Source: Octopus vulgaris
Lineage: Eukaryota
Length of the DNA stretch: 64,000 nucleotides
NCBI GenBank assembly: GCA_951406725.2
Contig: OX597824.1
Location: forward strand, 97,402,001-97,466,000
Direction: 5' to 3'
Positions 40,340 to 53,419 of the stretch are shown here, in pieces (the stretch's first letter is position 1; the number at the start of each line of letters is the position of its first letter). Below the pieces are notes generated by a model. That model was not told the origin of the DNA, searched no databases, and worked only from the letters and a program-made list of their open reading frames with translations. The position numbers were made by a program, and so were the translations under genes.

Positions 40340-41929
40340 TTTATTACTATATTTATCTTATAGCAATATAGATAAATATTGCTTGCTGCAGCTCCAAAAT
40401 ACTGGTTCGCCAGTCAGCATCTTTAGATTGGGGCCAGCATGATGGAATAGGAGCTTTATTTGCATATCCAAAACTTCTCCCGCAGGCAAATTAAATATAT
40501 ATATATATATATATCTAATGTTGGTGACTGTCAAATCTTAGTCTTAAATATTTCGAACAGGTGAAATTATGAATCATATTTACAAAGTTCATTGAAATTT
40601 TCCTCCTCCTCCTCTCTCAGCAGTCATTTAAACTTCCCAAAATGATTATCTTCCCAGTGGACCACTTCCAAGCTACATTCCATTACCTTTCTTTGACAGG
40701 TACATATCTCGTTGATATATGAAGAAATGACCGTTTCGTGCCTGTTCAATGTTCCTGGTCAAATTTTACACCAATTACCAGTTGAAGCCACTTGCTATTA
40801 TACATTGCACAACAAACCGACATTGTGTCTCTCCAAAAGTGGTTGACGAGGCGAACGGTTGTCGATACATCTCGTTGTCCCACGAGAGAATTTGCGGTGA
40901 ATATTGCAAGTTTGCTTTATGGTGTTTATTTGAATATCCATCACTTCCATTTCTCATTTATATAATTCACGGTAGACTTATTGTCACAGCATCGGCCTAT
41001 GAAGTTGTTGTGAGGTCTTAGTGTATAAATATCTCGATCGATTGCATTGATAAATTATATTGCCTCAAGTCATGTAAGTTTATCGATTACACACGAACAT
41101 TCACATGCCTATATCAATGTTTATATATGTGTGTGTGTGTATGTATGTGTGCGCGCGTACGTGTATGTATGTATGTATGTATGTATATAAAGTATGCATG
41201 TATATCTTTGTAAACGAAGTATGGAATTGAAGATTTTATCGTACCATTTTCCGAAGGGATTAGAATTAAGATTAAATCAAAATGGACGACATCAAATTCC
41301 TCTTCTACCAAAGAATGCAGAAGAGATTATTTGCCATTCAAATATTGTTAGAAATTCTATTTCAGCATCTTTTATCTGTTTTTTTTTTCTTTTTTTTTCT
41401 GACTTCTTTTTGTCCGTCCTCTCTGTGCATGCCTCTGTATACTTATGAGGCGAAAAATGAAGCAAATTACTTCACGTTTTTCTCCTGACTCTTCTTTCAG
41501 GAGTTAAAGTAGGATGCAGTCAACAACGTACGTATCAGTCGTACGAAGACTGAGTGTTAGGTTAAACGTTGGCTATTCATAGAACGGTGACTGATTTATT
41601 CATCATATTCGGGAGTGCTACTTTTTATCACAGGCACGAATGTAATAACAATAATAATTGAAGTAAAATAGTGATAGACAGAAAATGAGAGGCACACATT
41701 TAAGGAGAGGCATGAATAGAGAGCGCGGAAAGGGAGAGATAGAGAGCAATTGTGGCAATACCGGCAGTACATTTGTGTGACGTCAAGCACTCTGTTTTTC
41801 TTACTCCACCAGTGTCTCTTTAATATTTCTATATTTATCGCTCTCTTCCTCTATCACACTGAACTAGAAAGAGATTCAGAATTAAAGGCGCATACCGAAA
41901 GGGAAAAACACACAGGTAGACAAACAGTC

Positions 41930-42250
41930 AGACAGACAGATAGATCGATAAATAAACAGACAGACAGATAGATAGATAAATAGATAGACAAAAAGATAGA
42001 TAAATAGATAGACAGATAGATAGATAGATAGACAGACAGACCTATAGATAAATAAATAGATAGACAGACCTATAGATAAATAGATAGACAGACAGATAGA
42101 TAGATATATTAATAGATAGTTAGATAAATATTTAGATAGGTAGGTAGATAGATAGACAGATAGATAGATGGATAGACAGAGGGACATATAGATAGATAGA
42201 TAGACAGAGAGACAGATAGGTAAATAGATAGACAGACAGATAAATAGATG
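41930..42250. repeat. (TAGA)/(CAGA) tetranucleotide array
   Basis: Directly visible. Confidence 0.95.
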
Positions 42251-44875
42251 GGGGGAGAGAGAGAGAGAGAGAGAGAGGTGAGTGATAGGGTTGATTGCGG
42301 TGGATTCCAAACGAGATCAAATGCGATGTGAGTAATAAAAGTGCTTCTGTATTCTTTTGTAATAAATGAAGACAGACTTCTCTTCGTTTCTGAAATCTTA
42401 CAGTGTTGGAAAAATTACTTTTTCATTGTAGCATTAAATAGCACATTATCACACGATAATACAACATCAGCCTGAAAATTCTTAATGATGTGCATTTAGT
42501 ACGATTTCAGGGTTAGTTATCCATCCATTTCCTTATACACACCTCCATATATGTGTTCTGGTATGGTTATCAAAAAGAACGGAACAAACACATACGAAAA
42601 CATTTCGTTGCAAATATCTTCTTCGTTGATGTTGTAAGAATTCTCATAGAGAATGTAATTATGGTGGAATAATGGGTGGAATTCATCTCCAGAATCTCTT
42701 CTCTAATACACTTCATCAAGCGATTGTTGGGATTCATCACCGCGCAAAAAAGTTTGCCTAACATAAAACAAGATTGTCACATTTACCAGTTTAGTCCATC
42801 AGGAGATATTTGTGTCGGAACAACATCTACAACACCAACACCAAGAACAATAATAAACAAACAATATTACACCAAATTATAAGAATAAAATTATATAGAT
42901 TTACAAAAAGCAGATTTCCAGATATGGAAACCCTTAAAAACTATAATATCGAAACAACAATAATAACCTATGTTTATATTAGTTTACGGAATGCTTTAAG
43001 CATAATGTTATATTAATGATTGCTTCTTTTTTATACAATGTAATTCTGAGAGGTGCTTCATCAACTTGCCGATAACACCAGAACCGGTGGATAAATATAA
43101 AACTCTATGTATATCGCAGGTAGCTGCATTAGCAAATGAGGCAGCATTATGGCAGAATATGAAGCGAAATTAAGCGCCTGGAATGCAGCAAGAAAAGTCA
43201 ACAAACCACTTAACTGCAGCGGTTTCCAGTGTCTGCCTCATTTTATATGAATGACCCAACGAATAAGATCTCTGATTAAAATAGCAGCTTATCTCTCTGA
43301 AAGCATATTTCACTGATTTGCGTAGGTTCTCTCTCAAAACACCTCCAACTGTTTGCTTTGTATGAGGCAATAATGGATTTCTCCATATGGTACAACGTCT
43401 TGCTAAACATAGTAGCTAAATCCCAGTTGACTATTTTAAGTGTTCATGTATATAAGAAATAGTGACGAACGGTCTACCTGATACTTTGACCTGCTAGATA
43501 TCAAAATCCGCCCCACATCTTATTGGTTTCTGTACATATGTATATATATGCGTGAGGCATGCACATGGCAGTTACAGCTGATATAATTACAGTTCTCTCT
43601 GAAGCTTTACTTTAATATCTCCTATATGTTTGTACATTCAATCAATATATATAAAAATATACACATATCTCTCTATCTACATAGCTACGTACCTATCTAT
43701 CTATTGATCTATCTACCTGTGGAAAGAAAGAGAGAGGGAGAGAGAGTGAACAGACAGGTAATCAGATAGGTGAATAGATAGACAGGCAAATGTTTATATA
43801 TGTATGTGAGTGTGTAGTCGTGTGTATGAGTTTGAATCCATGCGTGTGTGTGTGTGTAATCACTACAAAACCTAAATGCAAAACTACAGCCATTGTCGCC
43901 TGCTTCTGTAACATTTGAAATATACTTTTTCCTTTAATTGAACGCTTGTTTTTTTTTATATTCTTTTTGTAATCAATCTATTTGAATCAATCCCCTGATT
44001 GATTCCAACCCAATTTCATATCTAAATGTGACTGGATATTGATTTACCTCTAAGCCCCACCCCCACTCTACCCCCACTGAGAAAACGAAAGTAAAATATC
44101 AATCAGTCTGAAAGTAGTTGCCCACATCGAGGCACAACACAGACACAGAGGGGATTCATTGGATAATTACATTATACGGAACAACATCAGAAATCTTGAT
44201 TCAAAATCACAAAATGCAGAACAGTGCCATGGCATCAGACGCAAGAAACGTTCCAATATTACCGTTTTATGCCTTCCGACGAAGTCTTAAATATTTATAT
44301 GCGAAAAAAGTCCTCGTTGAAAATAGAGACCAACTTTAATTCTCTCATTTTTTCTTTCACCATTTTCCATGGCCTTCTATTTAATTAGAATGTCGTTAGG
44401 CTTTTTCCATTAGAATCTTCAACTGATTTTTTTTCTCTTGTCTAAATTTGATCAGAAAGTTGTAGAAAGAAATTATTCTTCCACTGTGCTCTCGTTTTAT
44501 TACATTAAACAGGAACAGTTGTCACGCCAAGCGGAATACTTGGCGGCATTTCACCCACCTTTACATTCCGAACTTAAGTTTTGACGGGGTCGACTTTGTC
44601 TCTCACCCTTGCGAGGTCACTGAAATATGTAACAATCAAATACTGGAGTAGATGCAATCGACTTTCCCTTCCCTTCAAAACCTGTTGTCCTTGTGCTGAC
44701 ATTTGTAAGCATTATAATAAATAAGATATCATGGCCAGTCTTCGTGTTTGTGCCATCGTTCACTTTCATTATTTGTTGGAATTTAAAAAACAAACAAAAA
44801 CAAAACGAAAGGCAAAGGCAGGTGGTGTAGACAACAAACATACGTATTAGTTTAACGCTCGGGAAGTGAGAAAGT

Positions 44876-44911
44876 CTTTTACGTTTCGAGCCTACGCTCT
44901 TCAACAGAAAG
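44876..44911 (-). ncRNA. Minimal hammerhead-like motif (CTGTTGA core)
   Basis: Minus strand: CTTT-CTGTTGA-A-GAGC(GTAG)GCTC-GAAAC-GTA-AAAG; stem I CTTT/AAAG. Confidence 0.5.
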
Positions 44912-45253
44912 GAACACAGAAAGAGAAAGTAAACAAGCTTTAGTGGCTAGCAATCAATCATGGCGAGTGCGCGCGCGGGATCTCGTGTGTATGTGCGTGT
45001 GTTTGGACACTAAAACCATACTATGGACGCTGTTTACACGACCAATATAACATTATTGCGTCACGTAGGATACTTATAATAAGTATATCTTGATGTGTAT
45101 ATGTACAAATACTTGTACACACACGATATATATATATATATGTGTGTGTGTGTATATGTGTGTGTGGGAGGGTATATATATGTATATGTGGAAGGGTATA
45201 TATGTATATATGTGTGTGTGTGTGTGTGTGCGTGTGTGTAGATTGATATATAT

Positions 45254-45560
45254 ACAGTGTACATTTAAACACATAAGATGTATCCATCATAGGATTCATT
45301 TTACGCTAGAAGAAACAGCTAAAGTCTAAACCACTATTAGGGATAAAAGGGAATGGAAAATAAAAACATTTTCCATCTATCTCGTGGACCATGGTTTCTG
45401 ACTTTTTTTTTTAGCAAATAAAATAATTTGCTAGGCGAAGTTTTCATCAACAGGTACGCCTAGATAAAACATATGTTTTTTATTCCTAATAGTGGCTGTT
45501 CCTTCTAGCATGAAAGGAATCCTATGACGGATACCTCTGATGTGTTTAAATGTACACTGT
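45254..45560. repeat. Diverged long inverted repeat (foldback/MITE-like)
   Basis: ACAGTGTACATTTAAACACAT..TATCC.TCATAGGATTC..GCTAGAAG.AACAGC..CACTATTAGG pairs with CCTAATAGTGGCTGTTCCTTCTAGC..GAATCCTATGACGGATA..ATGTGTTTAAATGTACACTGT. Confidence 0.85.
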
Positions 45561-46018
45561 GTTTATATGAATAATATATAGTCAATTGACTATTTTTTCC
45601 ACACGCTAGGCCACATGTAGTAAAAATTCGTAAAAATCTGTATTACTCTGATATTATTAATTATGTAGATTGATTGATAGATAGACAGACAGACAGACAT
45701 ATGTACGTATATGTATACAGTTTGTGCATTCAGTGATTCTGTTTTGAAGCTAAGTAACAGGGACAAGTAATAAATTCTTAATGTCGAGATTGACAACCTT
45801 CAATGAAAACGACCAAGAAGACAAAAAATATTTCTCACCTAAAATACAACATGATATGTAGATTTAATCAAGAATCCTGCCAAAGATAAATCAGTTTCCC
45901 CAACGGAAGTTGATTATCGAACAAAATATATTTCATGTCTTATTTTGTATATAGGAAAGTGAAATAGCCTTTGGCGTTTCCGAAAATTATTTCTAGGCTA
46001 AATATGAAATTAGGTCAA

Positions 46019-46019
<1 letters not shown>

Positions 46020-46070
<51 letters not shown>

Positions 46071-46211
46071 TGTATGTATATATATATATATATGCATGTA
46101 TGTATGTATATATATATATATATATTCATGTATGTATGTATATATATATATATATATATCATGTATGTATGTATATATATATATGTATGTATGTATATAT
46201 ATATATGCATG

Positions 46212-46258
<47 letters not shown>

Positions 46259-46280
46259 TGTGTGTATATATATATATATG

Positions 46281-46319
<39 letters not shown>

Positions 46320-46379
46320 TGCGTGTGTGTATATATATATATATGCGTGTGTGTATGTATATATATATATGCGTGTGTG

Positions 46380-46417
<38 letters not shown>

Positions 46418-46435
46418 TATATATATATATATAAA
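46020..46435. repeat. Long degenerate (TA)-based compound array
   Basis: Directly visible; repeated CATGTATGTATG and GCGTGTGTG interruptions. Confidence 0.95.
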
Positions 46436-46790
46436 TAAATGAAAGAATGGACGTGAATATGCTACCCAGGTATCGGTTAAACGAATTTTCCATGTTAGGA
46501 TAATTCATTCACCTACTTAAATATATATATATATATATATATCTTTTGATATATACACTTGAATATAAGTGTACTGATGTATAATGTGTGTGTGTGTATT
46601 TTTTTATTCCTCTTTTCGTCTGACTTCAGCCATTCTGGGCACCATGACGGATTTATACTCATTTTATCGGTCCATTTAACCGCCCCGCTAATGTACGGGA
46701 TATCTGCAAAACAAGCGGTGGGTTAAGGACAAACTCATACAGGAAGACACACGCATAGATATAGACATAAGATACATACATATTATTTTA

Positions 46791-47193
46791 TTCTTTTACT
46801 TGTTTCAGTCATTTGAGTGCAGCCATGCTGGAGCAGCGCCTTTTAGTGGAGCCAATCAACCCTAAGACTTATTCTTTGTAAGCCTAGAACTTATTCTATC
46901 GGGCTCCCCGCTATGTTACGCGGTCAGAAATACACCAGCCTCGGTTGTCAAGCGATGCTGGGGGGGACAAACACAGACACACAAACATATACACACATGC
47001 ATATATATATATATATATATATATACATAAATACGACGTGCTTCTTTCAATTTCCGTATACCAAATCCACTCACAAGGCTTTGGTCGACCCAAGATTATA
47101 GTAGAAGACACTTGCTCAAGGTGCCACGCAGTGGGACTGAACCTGGAACCATATGGCTGGTATGCAATCTACGTAACACGCAACCACGCCTGC

Positions 47194-47194
<1 letters not shown>
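46791..47194 (-). mobile_element. SINE family B (full length)
   Basis: Reverse complement of the 23338-23700 consensus. Confidence 0.9.
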
Positions 47195-47241
<47 letters not shown>

Positions 47242-47301
47242 CGTTTTTGGATTTGGTTTGCAGGATTCTTTATGTGAGTTCGTGTGTTGAAGCATACTCT
47301 G

Positions 47302-47477
47302 TTGTGTGTGGGAGAGTTATTTTCTTTCGGTGTCTTATAATTTAACACACCCACCGGTAAAATTTCTACTTATTCCACTTATACCTAAAAATAAAAAATA
47401 AGGAATAAATGGAAATTTTACCGGTGAGTGTGTTAAATTTTAAGGCACAACAAGAAAATGACTCCCCACAGACACAA
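47302..47477. repeat. Inverted repeat (arms ~75 bp, spacer ~25 bp)
   Basis: AATTTAACACACCCACCGGTAAAATTTCTACTTATTCC pairs with GGAATAAATGGAAATTTTACCGGTGAGTGTGTTAAATT; extends outward with mismatches. Confidence 0.9.
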
Positions 47478-48194
47478 GAGTATATATATAGAAGACATAC
47501 ACACTCACAACAGATTTCAGATTCAGTCAACCCCATCAACACACAAATCTTTGGTAGGTCCGAAGCAATAATAGAAAACACTTGACCAAGGTACCATACA
47601 TAAATACATACATACACGCGTACATACACACACACATACATATATACATGAATTCATACATACACTCACACATAAATGCATACATATATACATATCCATG
47701 TATCTTTGCATGTATGTATTTCTACATGTATATATATGTATATATGCGTGCATGTATATATTGTATTTGCTTTTAAAATATCTAAAAGTCCCCAAACAAA
47801 TTTATACCAGATCTGTCTGTTAGTCGCTTGAATATGTAGTGTCTTTGTGATATCGTGGGTCTAGAGCTGAACTGCCTTGCATGGCGGTGAAGAATTCACG
47901 TCTGCCCCTAACTTCATGGCACAGTAAAAATACTCAAACAATACAACCCCGTCAGGCCTATAATATCCGGCATAATATCGCTACTCATTCAATCAGCAAA
48001 CAAATAGACATCTTTATCAAAAGGCAGGCATCACGGAGAAATGTAGCAGAGAACCAACGGAGGAGATTTCGATAGATCTTAGAAGAAATCAATACAGTAA
48101 ATAGCATCTCTACATTAGACAGTTTGTTTAGCAACGCCCCCGCGGCAGAAACAACAGAAATCATAACAGACTACGTGTATATACTCTATATTTT

Positions 48195-48258
<64 letters not shown>

Positions 48259-48363
48259 CTCTCTATATATATATATATATATATATAATACAAATAAGAA
48301 AATGGAGAAACAAATTCAGTTTGTTCATCAACTTACGGATATTATAACCCCTATCTTACTTTG

Positions 48364-48395
<32 letters not shown>

Positions 48396-48398
48396 CAC

Positions 48399-48476
<78 letters not shown>

Positions 48477-49252
48477 AATATCTATAAAATTGAACTTTTC
48501 TCTGTGTGTGTGTGTGTGTACAGAAATTTAATGTACCTGAATAACTTCTGTATTTTTCATCTGATTTCTTCAAAATTTTAGACACAGCTGCTTCATATCC
48601 CAGACCCGAACATAGGCTACATAGATGCTAAAACAAATCGATATTGGGGCTTCTAGAGCGATGGGAAACCAACAGTACATGATTTCTATCCATTTGCATT
48701 AATCAGCTGTTTTATAATCTGTAGGGTCTTCCATACTTTTTTAATCTTTTTATAAACGTGAAAGGATTGTGTCTACTTATTTCGACTGTCCACCTCTGAC
48801 TGTGATTGAACTGACAGGAACACTGAGCGCAATGAATATCCAATACCAAACAATTTTAATCCCCATATTTAAATTGCAATAAACTTTATCAAGCTTACCT
48901 TTACCTGTTCTGAGTTACTTGAAATGTGATGTTCTCCTCCCTCCCTCATATTTGTTGATGCCTTTGTTTACCTACAAATGTGTTGATTTAGCCTTGTCGT
49001 TCTAGCCTTTTTAAATAATCACATTTGATTCGTCTCAAAGAATCAACCTTAAATTAAGAGTTTTGCATCCATTAGCGAAAGCTATACGTATGTTTTAAAA
49101 AGCTCCATGCCAGCTTAACTTTATGCTGCCTTCCCTGATATTCTATGCGCAGGCCATGTGGGAAGACAGGATAAAGGGGTTTTTGTTAGTTTATCTCTCC
49201 GAAAAATAGTACTTTTTATTTATTGAGTTACTGAACTCCACGCATTCCGACT

Positions 49253-49316
<64 letters not shown>

Positions 49317-50944
49317 TTAACACCAAGATCTAGAGAGGAGCCACGGCAAGATTTCCAGTGTCAAATTGGGTCGCGGGCTCAGGATTGATCGGGCAACTAT
49401 GAGTCCAAGTACCAGCAAAGGATCCCCAAAATGTTCAATGCCAACTCCTGAATATCTGGTTTTATATCAGAGTGTCCCTCTCCTAGAAACATGTTTGGAC
49501 AAAAGCTAAGGGGTGTCTCACCCAGTGTTCTTTTAGCACGACGGATACCAGCCCGTAATTTCTGAGGGTTTGTGTTATTGTTAGAGAGTCATTGAAACTA
49601 CACAAAGTTCATCTGTCCCTTGGACAGATCTTGTTCTTAGCCCTATTGTATTTCTAACAACCCTACTCACCACCCAAGCCCAGTGGAGGTTGAAGTTTTA
49701 GTCACTGACGACCCGATAATGCAGCAGGTTGCACTGGATTCCATGTTGCCAGTAGCTCTTATAAGAGACAGCACAAGTAACCTGACATGTATGTATATAA
49801 TTAAAGGGAGAGACAGACAGACAGATCTTTAGACAGACATATATATTTGTGTATTTTACTGATAAATGACTGATGCTTAGCTTCAATAATTTGTTTCTGC
49901 AATAATTATCGTTTCATTGTTTAGAATCTTGGAGTAGAATTTTAATACGTTTGATCATCCAAACCTAATAGGCACCAGAAAGATACCATAAAACGTTTAT
50001 TGTATTGTGTACATGATTAATGACTATAAGCATAAATATCCAAATCATTTCAAACAGAGAAGAAACAACAGAAAGAGTTGAACAGTTTCCCGTATGTAGA
50101 TCTCCCAGCTGTTATTTTCATAATGGTTATTTATGAAACTAGATGCAAAGATCACACTTCATTCTTTTGATACGAAACCTTTAACTATAATTTAATGTGA
50201 GAATTATATATTAATTTTCCAAACACAATATTAATGAGGTAATATCAATTTGTCTTTTGTTTATCTTCCAAATATCAATTTGATAAACGAATGTATGTAT
50301 ATTATATTTGTATTTTGTTATGTTCCAGACACTCTATTAATTTACGTATATATATATATTTGTCTTTTGTTAAGTTATGTTCTAAACATCAGTTTAATAC
50401 ACCAGTCTATACATTTATCTTTTTTAATGTTATATTCCAAATACTAACAGAATACAACAATATATATCTATCTTCAATTAGCTTACGTTTCAAATACAAG
50501 TGTTACATAATAATTTTGTCTTCTTGCACTTCAAGTGACTTTAAGCTTCAGAGTGTTGTTATATGAATAAGATTTGACTGACGACTGAGTTGCTTTGATA
50601 TGCACAGAGATTGTGCATCTATGCGTTTGAATAAGACAGCTGTACTATGACAATAACTGTAAAAATCTTCTGAGTTTTCTGTTCAAGTAAGCATTACGTA
50701 CTTAGTTTGAGATTTCTGCATTGTGAATGAATGTTGCTCGAGAACAGAAGATTAGGAAGGCATCTAGATGCAGAATTGTATTGTAAAAGCATAATTTGTC
50801 TTGGAGATTGTGCTGCTGGAGATGATGAGGACCGTTCTTGCAGAGAAAGACGGACATCGGGTATATAAACGAAGCTTGGGGCAGACATGAGTTAATACAT
50901 TGTAGGGGGGATAGAGTGTGCAACCTGTTGTTTATATTAATTAC

Positions 50945-50980
<36 letters not shown>

Positions 50981-51002
50981 TGCTTGAGAATCTGAAACAA
51001 AA

Positions 51003-51040
51003 CTGTCCGACAAACGGGAACGTGAAACTCTGAGTAACAG
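51003..51040 (+). ncRNA. Compact hammerhead variant, core mutated (CCGACAA)
   Basis: CTGT-CCGACAA-ACG(GGAA)CGT-GAAA-CTCTGAG-TA-ACAG; same family as 16730-16767. Confidence 0.5.
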
Positions 51041-51151
51041 ATTTTGTGATGTCTTTGCAGCTTTATTAATATGGCATATTACTCCGGAATTCGAGTACTA
51101 TTTTTTCTAACTTGTTTCAAATTTATGTGCTTACTGCGGTGTATGTATATA

Positions 51152-51364
51152 TCGAGCTGGCAGAAAGGTTAGCGCGCCGGGCGAAATGCGTAGCCGTATT
51201 TCGTCTGCCGTTACGTTCTGAGTTCAGATTCCGCCGAGGTCGACTTTGCCTTTCATCCTTTCGGGGTCGATAAATTAAGTACCAGTTACGCACTGGGGTC
51301 GATATAATCCCTTTGTCTGTCCTTGATTGTCCCCTCTGTGTGTAGCCCCTTGTGGGTAGTAAAG

Positions 51365-51368
<4 letters not shown>
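51152..51368 (+). mobile_element. SINE family A (monomer)
   Basis: Family consensus head, core and tail. Confidence 0.9.
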
Positions 51369-51399
<31 letters not shown>

Positions 51400-51517
51400 C
51401 AATTAAGGAACGGCCATAATAGGCCATTCACCCACTAGAAATAACAGCCAAAGCTTCTACCGCAAATAAAGATCAATTCCGTAAACAGGAGAAAATTAAA
51501 AAAACATTTACCCTGTA

Positions 51518-51624
51518 ATTTCTTGTACGGTATACCGTTTCATCTGCTGTTTAATGGTAAACTAACCTGATTAAATTAAATCAAGCCAATCTTCCATAAG
51601 CCCTCAGATTCTTCAGCAAGAAAT
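51518..51624 (-). ncRNA. Type I hammerhead ribozyme with extended stem II (mirror copy)
   Basis: Reverse complement of 51684-51790. Confidence 0.8.
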
Positions 51625-51683
51625 AGCTCAAGTCGGAACAGATATTTACGTAATTTATGTAAATATCTGTTCCGACTTGAGCT

Positions 51684-51790
51684 ATTTCTTGCTGAAGAAT
51701 CTGAGGGCTTATGGAAGATTGGCTTGATTTAATTTAATCAGGTTAGTTTACCATTAAACAGCAGATGAAACGGTATACCGTACAAGAAAT
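51684..51790 (+). ncRNA. Type I hammerhead ribozyme with extended stem II
   Basis: ATTTCTTG-CTGAAGA-ATCTG(58 nt)CAGAT-GAAA-CGG(TATA)CCG-TA-CAAGAAAT: 8-bp stem I, intact CUGANGA/GAAA core, palindromic stem III, GUA triplet with predicted cut after 51782. Confidence 0.82.
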
Positions 51791-52011
51791 TACAGGGTAA
51801 ATGTTTTTTTAATTTTCTCCTGTTTACGGAATTGATCTTTATTTGCGGTAGAAGCTTTGGCTGTTATTTCTAGTGGGTGAATGGCCTATTATGGCCGTTC
51901 CTTAATTGTTAATGTTGAACTTAAAAATGGTCTATGACTATTTAATCTTTTCCCACTGGGCCGCTGGTGGCAATAAAATTCTACAAAATTTTCCTTGCCA
52001 CCCTATATTGA

Positions 52012-52068
<57 letters not shown>

Positions 52069-52985
52069 CAAGAAAAAAGCAACAAGAATGGATTAGTTGT
52101 TCAGTACAATTGTTTCATACGAATAACAGCTTTATTAAAAGTTGCAAATATTGCAGCAAATACAAGTGTCCCGTATTCATCAGCCAAAACACATATGAGT
52201 TTTCCATATATATATACACCGGAAATGGAGGAAAAATAACATTATGAAGGGTGTCTTTTGCGTTAGGAGCCATTATTTAATTAGCTAATTAAATAATGGC
52301 TTCCTACCGCAAAAGACACACTTCTTTTTGTTATTTTCCTTCCATTTTATTTCGTCTATATATTTATATGTATTTATATATGTGCATGTATGTGTGTGTG
52401 TGTGTTTTTCCGTCTGTGGTTGCCCACCGCCACCGCTTAACAAACGGTGTCGGTATGTTCACAGCCCTGCAAATAGCAGTTCGACAAAAGCGACCGATAT
52501 GTAGGAGGCTTTAAAAAATGGGTGCTAGAGTCGTTTCATTCGACTAAAATTATTCAAGGTGGCACTCCAGCTTGGGCGCAATCAAATCACCGAAACAAGC
52601 GAAAGATACATTATATTGCTGTTTGAACACAAGTTGCCAAAAAGTAAATAGATATTATATAAAGATGGTTTTAGATTTAAAATGATGCTTCTAGAAAATG
52701 TAGAAAACGATGTAATTGTTAAACGTGATATGAAGACTTTGAAATAGCAGAATATATGCCACAGGGCTATAAATGGTCTCAGAGGAATTTATGTCATAAC
52801 ATTTGAATGTATTAACTTATTGGTATCATAATTACATATCTCAATTAATTACGTGTGAGATATTTAGATCTTTCAGTTTTACTTTAACTGTGGATTGGGG
52901 AATTCTTTCTCTTTGAAATGTTTGTAGTTCGTATCTGTCTTTAATTCTATGTATCTATCTGTGAATATATCTATCTCTCTCTCTA

Positions 52986-53057
<72 letters not shown>

Positions 53058-53159
53058 ATATGAAGATAGACAGATTCACAGATAGATATACATAGAAAAA
53101 TAGATAGATATGAACAACAAACATTTGAAAGAGAAAGAGTTCCCTGACTCACGATTAAA

Positions 53160-53204
<45 letters not shown>

Positions 53205-53419
53205 TGCTTAGATTGTAAAGTACAATATTGATAATGAGGATAATGAAGAATTTGAACATTCAAACTTTGCTTAATTACAATGCAGCGATTTATGCATTAT
53301 TTATAAGGTCTCTTCAGGGCGCATAAATATGACACTGTTCGAACAGGAATTTTCCTCCGTTATTAGTCAGAATTAGGCTTGGTACTACTAGTAGTACATC
53401 TTGACTTTCATCGATGAGC

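Larger units (their letters stand above)
51395..51913. mobile_element. Near-perfect 519-bp palindrome (255-bp arms, 9-nt centre), probably Penelope-like pLTR-derived
   Basis: 51395-51649 is, by eye, the exact reverse complement of 51659-51913; centre GTAATTTAT; left end abuts (TA)n. Confidence 0.93.

Noticed and set aside
42540-43100. Possible decayed PLE thumb-region fragment on the minus strand
   Set aside because: Too weak to call without a profile search.
53281-53325. Minus-strand CTGAAGA-GACC motif upstream of the GIY-YIG relic
   Set aside because: GAAA half of the core is missing; cannot be supported.
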